Notes under the pieces: model-generated | The model's input: the letters and a program-made list of their open reading frames with translations, nothing else | Told to the model about the DNA's origin: nothing | Database searches by the model: none | Program-made: the position numbers and the translations under genes | NCBI GenBank assembly: GCA_964016885.1 | Contig: OZ024755.1 | Span: 43,896,001 to 43,960,000 of the forward strand | Length of the DNA stretch: 64,000 bases | Origin: Eledone cirrhosa | Taxonomy: Eukaryota | Reading direction: 5' to 3' | Shown here: piece after piece, positions 15,301-30,684 of the stretch | Layout of the letters: each line of letters opens with the position of its first letter | Numbering within the stretch: the first letter of the stretch is position 1

Positions 15301-17250
15301 ACCACAGTTGACAGTACCAACATATAACGTGTACCACAGTTGGCAGTACCATCATATACTCTGTACCACAGTTGACAGTACCAACATATATCGTGTACCA
15401 CAGTTGACAGTACCAACATATACTGTGTACCATAGTTGACATTACCAACGTATATTGTGTACCACAGTTGACAGTACCAACATACACCGTGTACAACAGT
15501 TGACAGTACCAACATATACTGTGTACCACAGTTGCGAGTACCAACATAAACTGTGTACCACAGTTGACAGTACCAACATATACTGTGTACCACAGTTGAC
15601 AGTACCAACATATACTGTATACCACAGTTGACAGTACCAACATATACTGTGTACCACAGTTGACAGTACCAACATATACTGTGTACCTCAGTTAACAGTA
15701 CCCACATATACTGTGTACCACAGTTGACAGTATAAACATATACTGTGTACCACAGTTGACAGTACCATCATATACTTTGTACCACAGTTAACAGTACCAA
15801 CATATACTGTGTACCACAGTTGACAGTACCAACGTATACTGTCTACCACAGTTGACAGTACCAACGTATACTGTTTACCACAGTTGACAATACCAACATA
15901 TACTGTGTACCAGAGTTGACAGTACCCACATATACTGTGTACCACAGTTGACAGTTCCACCATATAAGGTGTACCACTGTTGATACTACCGACATATACT
16001 GTGTAGCACAGTTGACAGTACTAACATATACTGTGTACCACGGTTGAGAGTACCACCATATACTGGGTACCACTGTTGACAGTACCAACATATACTGTGT
16101 ACCACAGTTGACAGTACCAACATATACTGTGTACCATAGTTGACAGTACCAACATATCCTGTGTACCTCAGTTGTCAGTACCAACATATACTGTATACCA
16201 CAGTTGACAGTACCAACATATACTGTGTACCACTGTTGACAGTACCAACATATACCGTGTACCACAGTTGACAGTACCAACATATACTGTGTACCACAGC
16301 TGACACTACCAACATATACTTGTACCTCAATTGACAGTACTACCATATATTGTGTACCACCGTTGACAATACCAACGTATACTGTGTACCACAGTTGACA
16401 GTACCAACGTATACTGTGCACCACAGTTGACAGTACCAACATATACTGTGTACCACAGTTGACAATACCAACATATACTGTGTACCACAGTTGACAATAC
16501 CAACACATATAGTGTACCACAGTTGACAGTACCAACGTATACTGTGTACCACAGTTGCGAATGCCAACATATACTGTGTACCACAGTTGAGAGTACCAAC
16601 ATGTACCGTGTACCACAGTTGACACTACCAACGTATACTGTGTACCACAGTTGACAATACCAACATATACTGTGTACAACAGTTGACAGTACCAACATAT
16701 ACTGTGTACCACAGTTGAAAGTACCAACGTATACTGTGTACCACAGTTGACAACACCAACATATACTGTGTACCACAGTTGACAGTACCAACATATACTG
16801 TATACCACAGTTGACAGTACCAACATATACTGTGTACCACAGTTGACAGTACCAACATATACTGTGTACCACAGTTGACAGTACCAACATATACTGTATA
16901 CCACAGTTGACAGTACCAACATATACTGTGTACCACTGTTGACAGTACCAAAATATACCGTGTACCACAGTTGACAGTACCAACATATACTGTGTACCAC
17001 AGCTGACACTACCAACTTATACTTGTACCTCAGTTGACAATATTACCATATATTGTGTACCACCGTTGACAATACCAACGTATACTGTGTACCACAGTTG
17101 ACATTACCAACGTATACTGTGCACCACAGTTGACAGTACCAAAATATACTGTGTACCACAGTTGACAATACCAACATATACTGTGTACCACAGTTGACAA
17201 TACCAACACATATAGTGTACCACAGTTGACAGTACCAACGTATACTGTGT
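12310..17250. repeat. ~4.9-kb near-identical copy of ~4730-9670 (offset 7579 = 237 monomers minus 5 bp)
   Basis: ORF twins 5551..6657/13130..14236, 6712..8064/14291..15643 and 8264..9436/15843..17015, all at offset 7579. Confidence 0.9.
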
Positions 17251-20200
17251 ACTACAGTTGACAGTACCAACATATACTGTGTACCACAGTTGACAGTACC
17301 AACATGTACTGTGTACCACAGTTGACAGTACCAACATATACTGTGTACCACAGTTGGCAGTACCACAGTTGACAGTACCAACATATACTCGGTGCCACTT
17401 TTCACAGTACCAACATATACTGTGTACCACAGTTGACAATACCAACGTATACTGTGTACCACATTTGACAGTACCAACGTATACTGTGTACCACAGTTGA
17501 CAGTACCAACATATACTGTGTACCACAGTTGACAGTACCAACATATACTGTGTACCACAGTTGACAGTACTAACATATACTGTGTACTACAGTTGACAGT
17601 ACCAACATATACTGTGTACCACAGTTGACAGTACCAACATGTACTGTGTACCACAGTTGACAGTACCAACATATACTGTGTACCACAGTTGGCAGTACCA
17701 ACATATACAGTGTACCACAGTTGACAGTACCAACATATACTGTGTACCACATTTGACAGTACCAACATATACTGTGTACCACAGTTGACAGTACCAACAT
17801 GTACCGTGAACCACAGTTGACAGTACCAACATATACTGTGTACCACAGTTGAGAGTACCAACGTATAGTGTGTACCACAGTTGACAGTACCAACATATAC
17901 TGTGTACCACAGTTGACAGTACCAACATATACTGTGTACCACAGTTCACAGTACCAAAGTATACTGTGTACCACATTTGACAGTACCAACATATACTGTG
18001 TACCACAGTTGACAGTACCAACATATACTGTGTACCACTGTTGACTATACCAACATATACCGTGTACCACATTTGACTGTACCAACATATACTGTGTACC
18101 ACTGTTGACAGTACCAACATATACTGTGTACCACAGTTGACAGTACCAACATGTACCGTGTACCACAGTTGACAGTACCAACGTATACTGTGTATCACAG
18201 TTGACAATACAAACATATACTGTGTACCACAGTTGACAGTACCAACATATACTGTGTACCACAGTTGACAGTACCAACGTATACTGTGTACCACAGTTGA
18301 CAGTACCAACGTATACTGGGTACCACATTTGACAGTACCAACATATACTGTGTACCACAGTTGACAGTACCAACGTATAGTGTGTACCACAATTGACGAT
18401 ACCAACATATACTGTGTACCACAGTTGACAGTACCAACATATACTGTATACCACAGTTGACAGTACCGACATATACTGTGTACCACAGTTGACAATACCA
18501 ACATATACTTTGTACCACGGTTGACAGTACCAACGTATACTGTGTACCACTGTTGACAATATCAACATATACTGTGTACCACAGTTGTCATTACCAACAT
18601 ATACAGTGTACCACAGTTGACAGAACCAACATATACTGTGTACCACAGTTGACAGTACCAACATATACTGTGTACCACAGTTGACAGTACCAACATGTAC
18701 CGTGAACCACAGTTGACAGTACCAACGTATACTGTGTACCACAGTTGAATGTACCAGAGTATAGTGTGTACCACACTTGACAGTCCCAACATATTCTGTA
18801 TACCACAGTTGACAGTACCAACATATACTGTGTACCACTGTTGACAGTACCAACATATACAGTGTACCACTGTTGACAGTACCAAAATATACCGTGTACC
18901 ACAGTTGACAGTACCAACATATACTGTGTACCACTGTTGACAGTACCAAAATATACCGTGTACCACAGTTGACAGTACCAACATATACTGTGTACCACAG
19001 CTGACACTACCAACTTATACTTGTACCTCAGTTGACAGTATTACCATATATTGTGTACCACCGTTGACAATACCAACGTATACTGTGTACCACAGTTGAC
19101 AGTACCAACGTATACTGTGCACCACAGTTGACAGTACCAAAATATACTGTGTACCACAGTTGACAATACCAACATATACTGTGTACCACAGTTGACAATA
19201 CCAACACATATAGTGTACCACAGTTGACAGTACCAACGTATACTGTGTACCACAGTTGCCAATGCCAACATATACTGTGTACCACAGTTGAGAGTACCAA
19301 CATATAATGTGTACCACAGTTGACAGTACCAACATATACTGTGTACCACAGTTGACAGTACCAACATATACTGTGTACCACAGTTGACAGTACCAATGTA
19401 TACTGTGTACCACAGTTGACAGTACCAACATATACTGTGTACCACAGTTGACAGTACCAACATATACTGTGTACCATAGTTGACATTACCAACGTATATT
19501 GTGTTCCACAGTTGACAGTACCAACATGTACTGTGTACCACAGTTGACAGTACCAACGTATACTGTGTACCACAGTTGACAGTACCAACGTATACTGTGT
19601 ACCACAGTTGACTGTACCAACATATAATGTGTACCACAGTTGACAGTACCATCATATACTGTGTACCACAGTTGACAGTACCAACATATATTGTGTACCA
19701 CAGTTGACAGTACCAACATATACTGTGTACCATAGTTGACATTACCAACGTATATTGTGTACCACAGTTGACAGTACCAACATATCCTGTGTACCTCAGT
19801 TGACAGTACCATCATATACTGTATACCACAGTTGACAGTACCAACATATACTGTGTACCACTGTTAACAGTACCAATATATACCGTGTACCACAGTTGAC
19901 AGTACCAACATATACTGTGTACCACAGCTGACACTACCAACATATACTTGTACCTCAGTTGACAGTACTACCATATATTGTGTACCACCGTTGACAATAC
20001 CAACGTATACTGTGTACCACAGTTGACAGTACCAACGTATACTGTGCACCACAGTTGACAGTACCAACATATACTGTGTACCACAGTTGACAATACCAAC
20101 ATATACTGTGTACCACAGTTGACAATACCAACACATATAGTGTACCACAGTTGACAGTACCAACGTATATTGTGTACCACAGTTGCCAATGCCAACATAT

Positions 20201-20279
20201 ACTGTGTACCACAGTTGAGAGTACCAACATGTAACGTGTACCACAGTTGACAGTACCAACGTATACTGTGTACCACAGT

Positions 20280-21150
20280 TGACGATACCAACATATACTG
20301 TGTACCACAGTTGACAGTACCAACATATACTGTGTACCACAGTTGAAAGTACCAACGTATACTGTGTACCACAGTTGACAACACCAACATATACTGTGTA
20401 TCACAGTTGACAGTACCAACATATACTGTATACCACAGTTGACAGTACCAACATATACTGTGTACCACAGTTGACAGTACCAACATATACTGTGTACCAC
20501 AGTTGACAGTACCAACATATACTGTATACCACAGTTGACAGTACCAACATATACTGTGTACCACTGTTGACAGTACCAACATATACTGTGTACCCTAGTT
20601 GACATTACCAACGTATATTGTGTACCACAGTTGACAGTACCAACATGTACTGTGTACCACAGTTGACAGTACCAACGTATACTGTGTACCACAGTTGACA
20701 GTACCAACGTATACTGTGTACCACAGTTGACGATACCAACATATACTGTGTACCACAGTTGACAGTACCAACATATACTGTGTACCACAGTTGAAAGTAC
20801 CAACGTATACTGTGTACCACAGTTGACAACACCAACATATACTGTGTATCACAGTTGACAGTACCAACATATACTGTATACCACAGTTGACAGTACCAAC
20901 ATATACTGTGTACCACAGTTGACAGTACCAACATATACTGTGTACCACAGTTGACAGTACCAACATATACTGTATACCACAGTTGACAGTACCAACATAT
21001 ACTGTGTACCACTGTTGACAGTACCAACATATACTGTGTACCCTAGTTGACATTACCAACGTATATTGTGTACCACAGTTGACAGTACCAACATGTACTG
21101 TGTACCACAGTTGACAGTACCAACGTATACTGTGTACCACAGTTGACAGT
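20280..21150. repeat. 448-bp (14-monomer) local tandem duplication
   Basis: The variant series GACGATACC..GAAAG..CAACACC..TATCAC..CCCTAG occurs twice. ORF ends 20595/21043 and 20605/21053 differ by 448. Boundaries approximate. Confidence 0.8.
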
Positions 21151-24100
21151 ACCAACGTATACTGTGTACCACAGTTGACAGTACCAACGTATACTGTGCA
21201 CCACAGTTGACAGTACCAACATATACTGTGTACCACAGTTGACAATACCAACATATACTGTGTACCACAGTTGACAATACCAACACATATAGTGTACCAC
21301 AGTTGACAGTACCAACGTATACTGTGTACCACAGTTGCCAATGCCATCATATACTGTGTACCAGAGTTGAGAGTAACAACATATACTGTGTACCACAGTT
21401 GACAGTACCAACATATACTGTGTACCACAGTTGACAGTACCAACATATACTGTGTACCACAGTTGACAGTACCAATGTATACTGTGTACCACAGTTGACA
21501 GTACCAACATATAGTGTGTACCACAGTTGACAGTACCAACATATACTGTGTACCCTAGTTGACATTACCAACGTATATTGTGTACCACAGTTGACAGTAC
21601 CAACATGTACTGTGTACCACAGTTGACAGTACCAACGTATACTGTGTACCACAGTTGACAGTACCAACGTATACTGTGTACCACAGTTGACAGTACCAAC
21701 ATATAACGTGTACCACAGTTGGCAGTACCATCATATACTCTGTACCACAGTTGACAGTACCAACATATATCGTGTACCACAGTTAACAGTACCAACATAT
21801 ACTGTGTACCATAGTTGACATTACCAACGTATATTGTGTACCACAGTTGACAGTACCAACATACACCGTGTACAACAGTTGACAGTACCAACATATACAT
21901 TGTACCTCAGTTGACAGTACCAACATATACTGTGTACCACAGTTGACAGTACCAACATATACTGTGTACCACTGTTGACAGTACCAACATATACCGTGTA
22001 CCACAGTTGACAGTACCAACATATACTGTGTACCTCAGTTAACAGTACCCACATATACTGTGTACCACAGTTGACAGTATAAACATATACTGTGTACCAC
22101 AGTTGACAGTACCATCATATACTTTGTACCACAGTTAACAGTACCAACATATACTGTGTACCACAGTTGACAGTACCAACGTATACTGTCTACCACAGTT
22201 GACAGTACCAACATATACTGTGTACCACAGTTGACAGTACCAACATATACATTGTACCTCAGTTGACAGTACCAACATATACTGTGTACCACAGTTGACA
22301 GTACCAACATATACTGTGTACAACAGCTGACACTACCAACATATACTTGTACCTCAGTTGACAGTACCAACATATACTGTGTACCACAGTTGACAGTACC
22401 AACATATACTGTGTACCACAGTTGACAGTACCAACATATACTCGGTGCCACTTTTCACAGTACCAACATATACTGTGTACCACAGTTGACAATACCAACG
22501 TATACTGTGTACCACATTTGACAGTACCAACGTATACTGTGTACCACAGTTGACAGTACCAACATATACTGTGTACCACAGTTGACAGTACCAACATATA
22601 CTGTGTACCACAGTTGACAGTACTAACATATACTGTGTACTACAGTTGACAGTACCAACATATACTGTGTACCACAGTTAACAGTACCAACATGTACTGT
22701 GTACCACAGTTGACAGTACCAACATATACTGTGTACCACAGTTGGCAGTACCAACATATACAGTGTACCACAGTTGACAGTACCAACATATACTGTGTAC
22801 CACATTTGACAGTACCAACATATACTGTGTACCACAGTTGACAGTACCAACATGTACCGTGAACCACAGTTGACAGTACCAACATATACTGTGTACCACA
22901 GTTGAGAGTACCAACGTATAGTGTGTACCACAGTTGACAGTACCAACATATACTGTGTACCACAGTTGACAGTACCAACATATACTGTGTACCACTGTTG
23001 ACTATACCAACATATACCGTGTACCACATTTGACTGTACCAACATATACTGTGTACCACTGTTGACAGTACCAACATATACTGTGTACCACAGTTGACAG
23101 TACCAACATGTACCGTGTACCACAGTTGACAGTACCAACGTATACTGTGTATCACAGTTGACAATACAAACATATACTGTGTACCACAGTTGACAGTACC
23201 AACATATACTGTGTACCACAGTTGACAGTACCAACGTATACTGTGTACCACAGTTGACAGTACCAACGTATACTGGGTACCACATTTGACAGTACCAACA
23301 TATACTGTGTACCACAGTTGACAGTACCAACGTATAGTGTGTACCACAATTGACGATACCAACATATACTGTGTACCACAGTTGACAGTACCAACATATA
23401 CTGTATACCACAGTTGACACTACCGACATATACTGTGTACCACAGTTGACAATACCAACATATACTTTGTACCACGGTTGACAGTACCAACGTATACTGT
23501 GTACCACTGTTGACAATATCAACATATACTGTGTACCACAGTTGTCATTACCAACATATACAGTGTACCACAGTTGACAGTACCAACATATACTGTGTAC
23601 CACAGTTGACAGTACCAACATATACTGTGTACCACAGTTGACAGTACCAACATGTACCGTGAACCACAGTTGACAGTACCAACGTATACTGTGTACCACA
23701 GTTGAATGTACCAGAGTATAGTGTGTACCACACTTGACAGTCCCAACATATTCTGTATACCACAGTTGACAGTACCAACATATACTGTGTACCACTGTTG
23801 ACAGTACCAACATATACCGTGTACCACAGTTGACAGTACCAACATATACTGTGTACCACAGTTGAGACTACCAACATATACTGGGTACGACTGTTGACAG
23901 TAACAACATATATTATGTACCACAGTTGACAGTACCAACATATACTGTGTACCACAGTTGACAGTACCAACGTATACTGTGTACCACAGTTGACAGTACC
24001 AACGTATACTGGGTACCACATTTGACACTACCAACATATACTGTGTACCACAGTTGACAGTACCAACGTATACTGTGTACCACAGTTGACGATACCAACA

Positions 24101-27100
24101 TATACTGTGTACCACAGTTGACAGTACCAACATATACTGTATACCACAGTTGACAGTACCGACATATACTGTGTACCACAGTTGACAATACCAACATATA
24201 CTTTGTACCACGGTTGACAGTACCAACGTATACTGTGTACCACTGTTGACAATATCAACATATACTGTGTACCACAGTTGACATTACCAACATATACAGT
24301 GTACCACAGTTGACAGTAGCAACATATACTGTGTACCACAGTTGACAGTACCAACATATACTGTGTACCACAGTTGACAGTACCAACATATACTGTGTAC
24401 CATAGTTGATAGTACCAACGTATATTGTGTACCACAGTTGAGAGTACCAACATACACCGTGTACGACAGTTGACAGTAAAAACATATACCGTGTACCACA
24501 GTTGAGAGTACCAACATAAACCGTGTACCACAGTTGACAGTACCAACATATATTGTGTACCACAGTTGACAGTACCAACATATACTGTGTACCACAGTTG
24601 ACAGTACCAACATATACTGTATACCACAGTTGACAGTACCAACATATACTGTGTACCACAGTTGACAGTACCAACATATACTGTGTACCACAGTTGACAG
24701 TACCAACATATACTGTGTACCACAGTTGACAGTACTAACATATACTGTGTACTACAGTTGACAGTACCAACATATATTGTGTACCACAGTTGACAGTACC
24801 AACATATACTGTGTACCACAGTTGGCAGTACCAACATATAATGTGTACCTCAGTTGACAGTACCAACATATACTGTGTACCACAGTTGACAGTACCAACG
24901 TATACTGTGTACCACAGTTGACAGTACCAACGTATACTGTGTACCACAGTTGACAGTACCAATATATACTGTGTAACACAGTTGACAATACCAACATATA
25001 ATGTGTACCACAGTTGACAGTACCAACGTATACTGTGAACCACTGTTGGCAATACCAACATATACTGTGTACTACAGTTGACAGAACCAACATATACAGT
25101 GTACCACGGTTGAGAGTACCAACATATACTGTGTACCACAGTTGACAGTACCAACATATACTGTGTACCACAGTTGACAGAACCAACATGTACCGTGAAC
25201 CACAGTTGACAGTACCAACGTATACTGTGTACCACAGTTGAGAGTACCAACGTATAGTGTGTACCACAGTTGACAGTACCAACATATACTGTGTACCACA
25301 GTTGACAGTACCAACATATACTGTGTACCACAGTTCACAGTACCAACGTATACTGTGTACCACATTTGACAGTACCAACATATACTGTGTACCACAGTTG
25401 ACAGTACCAACATATCCTGTGTACCACTTTTGACAGTACCAACATATACCGTGTATCACATTTGACAGTACCAACATATACTGTGTACCACTGTTGACAG
25501 TACCAACGTATACTGTGTACCACAGTTGACAATACCAACATATACTGTGTACCACAGTTGACAGTACCAACATATACTGTGTACCACAGTTGAAAGTACC
25601 AACGTATACTGTGTACCACAGTTGACAACACCAACATATACTGTGTACCACAGTTGACAGTACCAACATATACTGTATACCACAGTTGACAGTACCAACA
25701 TATACTGTGTACCAGAGTTGACAGTACCAACATATACTGTGTACCACAGTTGACAGTACCAACATATACTGTATACCACAGTTGACAGTACCAACATATA
25801 CTGTGTACCACTGTTGACAGTACCAACATATACAGTGTACCACAGTTGACAGTACCAGCATATACTGTGTACCACAGCTGACACTACCAACATATACTTG
25901 TACCTCAGTTGACAGTACTACCATATATTGTGTACCACCGTTGACAATACCAACGTATACTGTGTACCACAGTTGACAGTACCAAAGTATACTGTGCACC
26001 ACAGTTGACAGTACCAACATATACTGTGTACCACAGTTGACAATACCAACATATACTGTGTACCACAGTTGACAATACCAACACATATAGTGTACCACAG
26101 TTGACAATACCAACACATATAGTGTACCACAGTTGACAGTACCAACGTATACTGTGTACCACAGTTGCCAATGCCAACATATACTGTGTACCACAGTTGA
26201 GAGTACCAACATGTACCGTGTACCACAGTTCACAGTACCAACGTATACTGTGTACCACAGTTGACAGTACCAACGTATACTGTTTACCACAGTTGACAAT
26301 ACCAACATATACTGTGTACCAGAGTTGACAGTACCCACGTACACTGTGTACCACAGTTGACAGTTCCAACATATATGGTGTACCACTGTTGATACTACCG
26401 ACATATACTGTGTAGCACAGTTGACAGTACTAACATATACTGTGTACCACAGTTGAGAGTACCACCATATACTGGGTACCACTGTTGACAGTACCAACAT
26501 ATACTGTGTACCACAGTTGACAGTACCAACATATACTGTGTACCACAGTTGAAAGTACCAACATATACTGTGTACCACAGTTGACAGTACTAACATATAC
26601 TGTGTACTACAGTTGACAGTACCAACATATACTGTGTAACAGAGTTGACAGTACCAACATGTACTGTGTACCACAGTTGACAGTACCAACATATACTGTG
26701 TACCACAGTTGGCAGTACCAACATATAATGTGTACCTCAGTTGACAGTACCAACACATACTGTGTACCACAGTTGACAGTACCAACGTATACTGTGTACC
26801 ACAGTTGACAGTACCAACGTTTACTGTGTACCACAGTTGACAGTACCAATATATACTGTGTAACACAGTTGACAATACCAACATATAATGTGTACCACAG
26901 TTGACAGTACCAACGTATACTGTGAACCACTGTTGGCAATACCAACATATACTGTGTACCACAGTTGACAGTACCAACATATACAGTGTACCACAGTTGA
27001 CAGTAACAACATATACTGTGTACCACAGTTGACAGTACCAACATATACTGTATACCACAGTTGACAGTACCAACATGTAACGTGAACCACAGTTGACAGT

Positions 27101-30100
27101 ACCAACGTATACTGTGTACCACAGTTGAGAGTACCAACGTATAGTGTGTACCACAGTTGACAGTACCAACATACACTGTGTACCACAGTTGACAGTACCA
27201 ACATATACTGTGTACCACAGTTCACAGTACCAACGTATACTGTGTACCACATTTGACAGTACCAACATATACTGTGTACCACAGTTGACAGTACCAACAT
27301 ATACGGTGTACCACTGTTGACAGTACCAACATATACCGTGTACCACATTTGACAGTACCAACATATTCTGTGTACCACTGTTGACAGTACCAACATATAC
27401 TGTGTACCACAGTTGACAGTACCAACATGCACAGTGTACCACAGTTGACAGTACCAACGTATACTGTGTACCACAGTTGACAATACCAACATATACTGTG
27501 TACCACAGTTGACAGTACCAACATATACTGTGTACCACAGTTGAAAGTACCAACGTATACTGTGTACCACAGTTGACAACACCAACATATACTGTGTACC
27601 ACAGTTGACAGTACCAACATATACTGTATACCACAGTTGACAGTACCAACATAGACTGTGTACCACAGTTGACAGTACCAACATATACTGTGTACCACAG
27701 TTGACAGTACCAACATATACTGTATACCACAGTTGAAAGTACCAACATATACTGTGTACCATTGTTGAAAGTACCAACATATACCGTGTACCACAGTTGA
27801 CAGTACCAACATATACTGTGTACCACAGCTGACACTACCAACATATACTTGTACCTCAGTTAACAGTACTACCATATATTGTGTACCACCGTTGACAATA
27901 CCAACGTATACTGTGCACCACAGTTGACAATACCAACATATACTGTGTAGCACAGTTGACAATACCAGCACATATAGTGTACCACAGTTGACAGTACCAA
28001 CGTATACTGTGTACCACAGTTGCCAATGCCAACATATACTGTGTACCACAGTTGAGAGTACCAACATATACTGTGTAACACAGTTGACAGTACCAACATA
28101 GACTGTGTACCACAGTTGATAGTACCAACATATATTGTGTACCACGGTTGACAGTACCAACATATACTGTGTACCACAGTTGACAGTACCAACATATACT
28201 GTGTACCATAGTTGACATTACCAACGTATATTGTGTACCACAGTTGACAGTACCTACATGTACTGTGTACCACAGTTGACAGTACCAACATATACTGTGT
28301 ACCACAGTTGACAGTACCAACGTATACTGTGTACCACAGTTGACAGTACCAACATATAACGTGTACCACAGTTGGCAGTACCATCATATACTGTGTACCA
28401 CAGTTGACAGTAGCAACATATACTGTGTACCATAGTTGACATTACCAACGTATATTGTGTACCACAGTTGACAGTACCAACATACACCGTGTACAAGAGT
28501 TGACAGTACCAACATATACTGTGTACCACAGTTGCGAGTACCAACATAAACTGTGTACCACAGTTGACAGTACCAACATATACTGTGTACCACAGTTGAC
28601 AGTACCAACATATACTGTGTACGACAGTTGACAGTACCAACATATACTGTATACCACAGTTGACAGTACCAACACATACTGTGTACCACAGTTGACAGTA
28701 CCAACATATACTGTGTACCACAGTTGACAGTACCAACATATACTGTGTACCACAGTTGACAGTACCAACATATACTGTGTACCACAGTTGACAGTACTAA
28801 CATATACTGTGTACTACAGTTGACAGTACCAACATATACTGTGTACCACAGTTGACAGTACCAACATGTACTGTGTACCACAGTTGACAGTACCAACATA
28901 TACTGTGTACCACAGTTGGCAGTACCAACATATACAGTGTACCACAGTTGACAGTACCAACATATACTGTGTACCACAGTTGACAGTACCAACATGTACC
29001 GTGAACCACAGTTGACAGTACCAACGTATACTGTGTACCACAGTTGAGAGTACCAACGTATAGTGTGTACCACAGTTGACAGTACCAACATATACTGTGT
29101 ACCACAGTTGACAGTACCAACATATACTGTGTACCACAGTTCACAGTACCAACGTATACTGTGTACCACATTTGACAGTACCAACATATACTGTGTACCA
29201 CAGTTGACAGTACCAACATATACTGTGTACCACTGTTGACAGTACCAACATATACCGTGTACCACATTTGACAGTACCAACATGTACCGTGAACCACAGT
29301 AGACAGTACCAACATATACTGTTTACCACTGTTGACAGTACCAACATATACCGTGTACCACAGTTCACAGTACCAACATATACCGTGTACCACAGTTCAC
29401 AGTACCAACGTATACTGTTTATGTTACCACAGTTGACAGTACCAACATATACTGTGTACCACAGTTGAGACTACCAGCATATACTGGGTACGACTGTTGA
29501 CAGTAACAACATATACTATGTACCACAGTTGACAGTACCAACATATACTGTGTACCACAGTTGACAATACCAACGTATACTGTGTACGACAGTTGACAGT
29601 ACCAACGTATACTGGGTACCACATTTGACACTACCAACATATACTGTGTACCACAGTTGACAGTACCAACGTATACTGTGTACCAGAGTTGACGATACCA
29701 ACATATACTGTGTACCACAGTTGACAGTACCAACATATACTGTATACCACAGTTGACAGTACCGTCATATACTGTGTACCACAGTTGACAATACCAACAT
29801 ATACTTTGTACCACGGTTGACAGTACCAACGTATACTGTGTACCACTGTTGACAATATCAACATATACTGTGTACCACAGTTGACAGTACCAACATATAC
29901 TGTGTACCACAGTTGACAGTACCAACATATACTGTGTACCATAGTTGACAGTACCAACGTATATTGTGTACCACAGTTGAGAGTACCAACATACACCGTG
30001 TACGACAGTTGACAGTAAAAACATATACTGTGTACCACAGTTGAGAGTACCAACAAACTGTGTACCACAGTTGACAGTACCAACATATACTGTGTACCAC

Positions 30101-30684
30101 AGTTGACAGTACCAACATATACTGTGTACCACAGTTGACAGTACCAACATATACTGTATACCACAGTTGACAGTACCAACATATACTGTGTACCACAGTT
30201 GACAGTACCAACATATACTGTGTACCACAGTTGACAGTACCAACATATACTGTGTACCACAGTTGACAGTACTAACATATACTGTGTACTACAGTTGACA
30301 GTACCAACATATATTGTGTACCACAGTTGACAGTACCAACATATACTGTGTACCACAGTTGGCAGTACCAACATATAATGTGTACCTCAGTTGACAGTAC
30401 CAACATATACTGTGTACCACAGTTGAAAGTACCAACATATACTGTGTACCACAGTTGACAGTACCAACGTATACTATGTACCACAGTTGACAGTACCAAT
30501 ATATACTGTGTAACACAGTTGACAATACCAACATATAATGTGTACCACAGTTGACAGTACCAACGTATACTTTGAACCACTGTTGGCAATACCAACATAT
30601 ACTGTGTACTACAGTTGACAGAACCAACATATACAGTGTACCACAGTTGACAGTACCAACATATACTGTGTACCACAGTTGACA

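Noticed and set aside
22440-22460. sgRNA/tracrRNA gene or vector contamination
   Set aside because: Only 16 nt match, in register with the satellite monomer and inside a naturally duplicated block. The rest of the scaffold is absent.
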